Part shown: positions 59,635 through 64,000 of the stretch, one piece after another
Layout: each line of letters opens with the position of its first letter
Numbering within the stretch: position 1 is the stretch's first letter
From: Nemertoderma westbladi
Taxonomy: Eukaryota > Animalia > Xenacoelomorpha
Reading direction: 5' to 3'
Assembly: GCA_032718475.1 (NCBI GenBank)
Contig: JAUCBJ010007452.1
Location: 32,079 to 96,078, forward strand
DNA length: 64,000 nucleotides
Program-made: the position numbers and the translations under genes
The notes under the pieces: generated by a model
What the model was told of the DNA's origin: nothing
The model's database searches: none
What the model saw: the letters and a program-made list of their open reading frames with translations, nothing else

Positions 59635-59894
59635 ATAATAATAATAAGGTTTGTTAGAGGATCTGTTGCTGGTGATCAAAAAGGTAGAGTTGCCGATAAA
59701 GATCAAGACAAAGATCAGACCTTTGTGCTATTTGTAGTAGTTTTAGTTTTCCAGTAGGTAGCCAGCATTCTGTCTGCCCTGATGAAGGCCTGTTAGTATA
59801 TTATAATTAATTTTAATATACATTGGTTGAAATATCGGCAACTCTACCTTTTTGATCACCAGCAACATATCCTCTAACAAACCTTATTATTATT
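59635..59894 (+). mobile_element. Penelope-like element remnant (pseudo-LTR with inverted partial copy)
   Basis: ~60-bp inverted duplication (59635-59698 versus 59833-59894) around a hammerhead motif; aaatctcgataa repeated at ~59586 and ~59895. Confidence 0.55.
59775..59840 (+). ncRNA. Type I minimal hammerhead ribozyme
   Basis: tgcc-CTGATGA-a-ggcc[...gtatatta/taatatac...]ggtt-GAAA-ta-TC-ggca; stem I tgcc/ggca; predicted cleavage after 59836. Confidence 0.65.
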
Positions 59895-60614
59895 AAATCT
59901 CGATAACGAAAATAAAATATAAATAATGTGGAAAACAATAAATTAATCCCCTCGTTAACAGTGTAATTAGACTCAAAATGTAAACTGCTTGGAGTAGTAA
60001 GTAGTAATAATAGCTTACATTGTTTAATTAAAAAATTATAATCACTCTGCAAAACCATTATTTTATGCAAAATCAGTCTGCTACCTTTATCTTTGTCTGT
60101 TTACTGGCACTTACAATAGTTACTATGACGTCACAAAAATAATAGGATAAAAATAAAATACAATTACAATAACTATTTATTTCATCTAGCACTTTATACG
60201 AACTAAAAAATCTCCCAAAACTATCCCTGTAATTAAATTACCATCTATGTCCGACTGTGCGAAAAAACTGGAAGAAATATAATTAATTAGGTAGTGTTTT
60301 GCATTAATTAATCGTTACAATGCTATTTGGTCATTGTGTCAACTTCTCTGAGTTCTGGTGATGTCCTCGCAAATCTGCAAAGAATCACTTTGCAGCGTTG
60401 CGGCATATATTTCAATAACATTCATGAACATTGCAGTGTTAATTAATTAATTAAGCATTCAGATCGCCGATACGTTTCATAATGTAACAAAATAACGAAC
60501 ACCATCGTGTGAAAAGTGAACTTTTCAGCGATACGACCCTTGTGGCATTAATTTACCAAAGCTGCATTACATAAGGTAGTAGGTAGGTAGGTCTTTATTA
60601 CTTCGGCCCGCAAC

Positions 60615-61016
60615 TCATTGGTAACTCATGAGTCGTATGTCATAAGTCGCTGTCAGATTTTGTCTGAGTCCGTCGATGTCAGAAGAAGGCATATATCTCC
60701 CGTGCTCTACTGGTACGTCATAAGTCATTTCTTAAAAAATATAAGATGCCCCTAACATTGAATGGAACACCATAAATTGCTGTACAATATTTTCTGGCTT
60801 GCTGCTACCCAAAGAACTAATCACAGGCCTCTTGCCGGATATAACTCATGAGTCGTATGTCAAAAGATGGAACATGGGAGATAATTACATTCGACTCATG
60901 AGTCGTATCAAACGACTTATGTCTTACCAGTGGAGACGCTCCCATTGAAACCAATGTGTTCCATCATTTATTTTGACTTATGACATATACGACAATCGAC
61001 ATACGACTTACCAGTA
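60615..61016. mobile_element. Possible MITE / non-autonomous DNA transposon remnant
   Basis: Interleaved direct and inverted copies of tggta..gagtcgtatgtcataagtcg and cgacttatgac..cgacttaccagt. Confidence 0.35.
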
Positions 61017-62823
61017 CAATACCGTATGGTTGAAAAAAGTAGAAAACAAAGCAATACAGTAAGTAATGCATGGCCTACTTTTCACTTTTCTAAATTAATC
61101 TTTCAAATTCGTCATTGGGCAAATTATTTAGGTTTTCTAAACAAATTAGAGATTTTCTAAATTTTTCCTCGCCGTTTAGAAACTATTCCCAGCGGACATT
61201 TTGAAAAAAAAACCCTGGTAAAACCCCTCGCTGCGCTCGCTCGGTACGTAAGAATTCCATCGGGACATAGCCTCTGAAAAGTGGTACTTTTTACAATTTG
61301 ATGTAAAAGGTAATTGGTACAATTAGAATAATACTAAATATATATATATACTGCCTAATTTTTCGGAAGAGTGTACAGATGTACACAGTGGGTTAGCAGT
61401 CTAACCTTAGTTACTTATTGTAGAAAAATAAAAAATTGTGAATTGAATCGACAATTGCTTTAGGTGTTATAAATACCGGCTGTAAATACACTATAACTAT
61501 ATTCCACACAAATTGGGAGATACTCGTATTGTAATATACGTAATAATAATAATAATTGTAATATATGTAATATTGTTGCTTCATAATTCTATTTTACTAA
61601 ATTAATAAGAATATGACAATAAGAGCAACCCCAACACGATCTATAAAAAAAAACACCAAATGTTGAATTCCAATTATTTGTGTATAAAAGTGTGGCATCA
61701 ATATTATTGGAACATTTAAAACAAACAATAATTGGTTTCCCCCAGTTGTTCCCTATTTATGGTTTCGAACAGTGATTGACATTTGCTTTGAATGGCGAAC
61801 ACCTTTAATGAAAGAACCAAACCGAGATAAATAATTACTCCTCCATGAAAACAACCGAATGTAAAGTAATTATTGTGGATCTCAGAATTAATTTTTAATC
61901 CAAATAATTCGGCCAGTTAAAATAAAACGTCGATTATAAAAGAGGTAGGGGAAATGTACCGTAGAATATAGTCTATTCCGATTAAATATCAAATTAATAT
62001 AATAAAATATTAAATATTTAGGCACTGATGATATATATTATGTTCTAAATTAATATTGGCTGAATCAATTTAAACCGTTGGTTTATCAAACATTATAATA
62101 TACATTCCTAGAAATTAAATTTCAAACTTTTTCAATCTTTCAAACAAATTATATTATTTAATATAAGTTAAATAACTCCTAGTAGAAGTTAACCCCATGC
62201 GGCCCACTATGTGAGGGAGGGGGGGAGGGGGGGGGGGGGGGTAAATTTGTCATTCACAACTATATTATGGAAACATATTTGTAGTGAAAAAAATACAAAT
62301 GTCGTGAGTTTTTCTAAAATTTAATGGGCCATCCAACAGCGCAAATAACAACTAAATAGTCATTCTAGTTTTCTGTTTTTTTGGCCCTTTGCTAAACACC
62401 AATATGACCAAAATCGTTTCTTTGATTCTGGAATTATTTGATATCTATGAATTTGGCACGAAAAATACAAGTAGCACATAATGTTAACTAAGTTTGATGG
62501 CTTCTCCACCATAAAACAGAGAATAACCGCCATCAAATCAACTAATGATTTACCGGTACAATAAAATATTACCTCCCAATCATCCAACTTGTATTTTTCG
62601 TCCCACCATATTGGCACCAAAAAATGATGGTTGTGTTACCGGGATATTTTTATATATAAACTTTAAAATTATATTTTTTGAGGCAAACGAAAAAAAATAG
62701 CTCCCCAACCCCCACCATTATTGGTTAATTACATTGTAAAAATTACCCAGTCAAATTATTTCCAGCTGAAGTTAAATCACTTCAAGCTGAAATTAAATTA
62801 AATTATTTTTAACTTAAGTTAAA

Positions 62824-63354
62824 TTAAGTTCGCTTAGATTTGGAGTCGGACCGGTATCTGGGAGGCTGTTGCTCCGGTAACGGTAGAGTAGACCCCCCTA
62901 GGCCGGGCGCCAGACTGGGTCTGGAGTCCCCAGCCCCGGGTAGATTAACCATGGACGCGGTTTTAGAGACAGCTACCGCGCCTTTTGCTTGAACTAATTT
63001 TTTGAGACGATCGACCCAGGTTGACTGTTCGGACGCGGTCGACGCCATCAGCAACAGATCCTTGGCTCCATCCCTCGCTTCCGTGCCGGCTTTACAAGGA
63101 GGCAAAGCGGCTTCGCCTTTATCCAGATGCTCTTTGTGGATTTTCAGTTTGCAGTTTCGGCATTCGTACGAAGGCGGGGGTCGTAGGATGTTTCCCATCG
63201 GTCTGTAACACGAGTCGCATGTCGTCGGCATGTGGTACGTCACAATCATTAATTCGTGTCCTTTGAATTCGTGTACCATTTCTCGGGACATTGTAGCACT
63301 GGACTGCTGGAGGTTTTCCTCTTTCCTTAACTCACCTTCACCCATGTATAATAT
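62824..63354 (-). CDS. ROCK: Terminal coding exon of Rho-associated coiled-coil kinase (PH domain split by C1 zinc finger)
   Basis: Acceptor ttacag|ATA gives ILYMGEGE (ROCK has FQILYANEGE); KGHEL..YHMPTTCDSC.RPM....RPPPSYEC.NC..KIHKEH.DK...PC; AKDLLLMA...EQ..WV.RL.K. Confidence 0.9.
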   Translation of the reverse strand: MLYMGEGELRKEENLQQSSATMSREMVHEFKGHELMIVTYHMPTTCDSCYRPMGNILRPPPSYECRNCKLKIHKEHLDKGEAALPPCKAGTEARDGAKDLLLMASTASEQSTWVDRLKKLVQAKGAVAVSKTASMVNLPGAGDSRPSLAPGLGGSTLPLPEQQPPRYRSDSKSKRT

Positions 63355-63414
63355 CTGTAAATGAATACAGAGAATTACACAATTAATTAACTCTTTGAGA
63401 CAAACATGTGACTA

Positions 63415-63655
63415 CTGACAAACAAAAGTGGCTGTCAAACAAATTGGCTGTCAAATAAAGTGGCTGACAAACAAAGTGGCTGTCAAACAATGTGGCTGTC
63501 AAACAAAGTGGCTGTCAAACAATGTGGCTGTTAAACAAAGTGGCTGTCAAACAATGTGGCTGTCAAACAAAGTGGCTGTCAAACAATGTGGCTGTCAAAC
63601 AAAGTGGCTGTAAAACAAAGTAGCTGTCAAATAAAGTGGCTGTCAAACAAAGTGG
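63415..63655. repeat. 16-bp tandem repeat in the ROCK intron
   Basis: aacaaagtggctgtca, ~14 copies. Confidence 0.9.
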
Positions 63656-64000
63656 GTGAGAAACCAAAAGTGGAATTTCAAAAATGATCCCCTTCTGCGG
63701 TTTTGATACCTATAGGCTAATTTTCGGCGCCGATTCCGAAAATGGTAAAATATTTCGAAATTTCTGGTTGTTTGATGTTCTTTTTGGTGTCAAATGTGGT
63801 GCTGCACCAAAATTAATGATTTTCAAATTTTGGGTAAAATTACAAAAGTTGTCATAACTCGAAAACAAAACAACTTATTTCAGATTCGGAACCACCATAG
63901 AATTTTACATCGGAAAACACATTATTAAAAATTTGATGAGAAAAAGACTGGGTGTGAACATGAAAATGATAATGAAATGATAATGATAATGATTCATAAT

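Overview
Eukaryotic, AT-rich genomic window, most likely from an invertebrate. Left end: five minus-strand exons of a secreted hemopexin-propeller / Thr-rich mucin / ShKT protein, with minisatellite-filled introns. Right end: terminal exon of a Rho-associated kinase (split PH-C1 domain), satellites, and a Penelope-type hammerhead ribozyme remnant. The central ~45 kb (9005-54165) is a nested set of five retroelements. A tRNA-derived SINE is split in its B-box by a Rex-Babar-like LINE. The LINE is split by two BEL/Pao LTR retrotransposons: A (9593-21496, TSD GTATA) and B (21802-51874, TSD ACCAT). B is split by a third, C (30015-47346, TSD CTCGC). Main observation: A and C have no TGG-type tRNA primer-binding site and B's is doubtful. 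In all three, the 9-11 nt directly abutting the 5' LTR are perfectly complementary to a segment inside the element's own LTR, and pairing stops exactly at the LTR boundary. This suggests tRNA-independent self-priming in BEL/Pao elements (inference). Each element also carries an extra 3' ORF: a DEDDy 3'-5' exonuclease in B, a triple zinc-knuckle protein in A, and an unknown, probably spliced protein in C. C also carries nine dispersed copies of a frame-independent 20-nt hairpin. All calls are by eye; no database searches were run.
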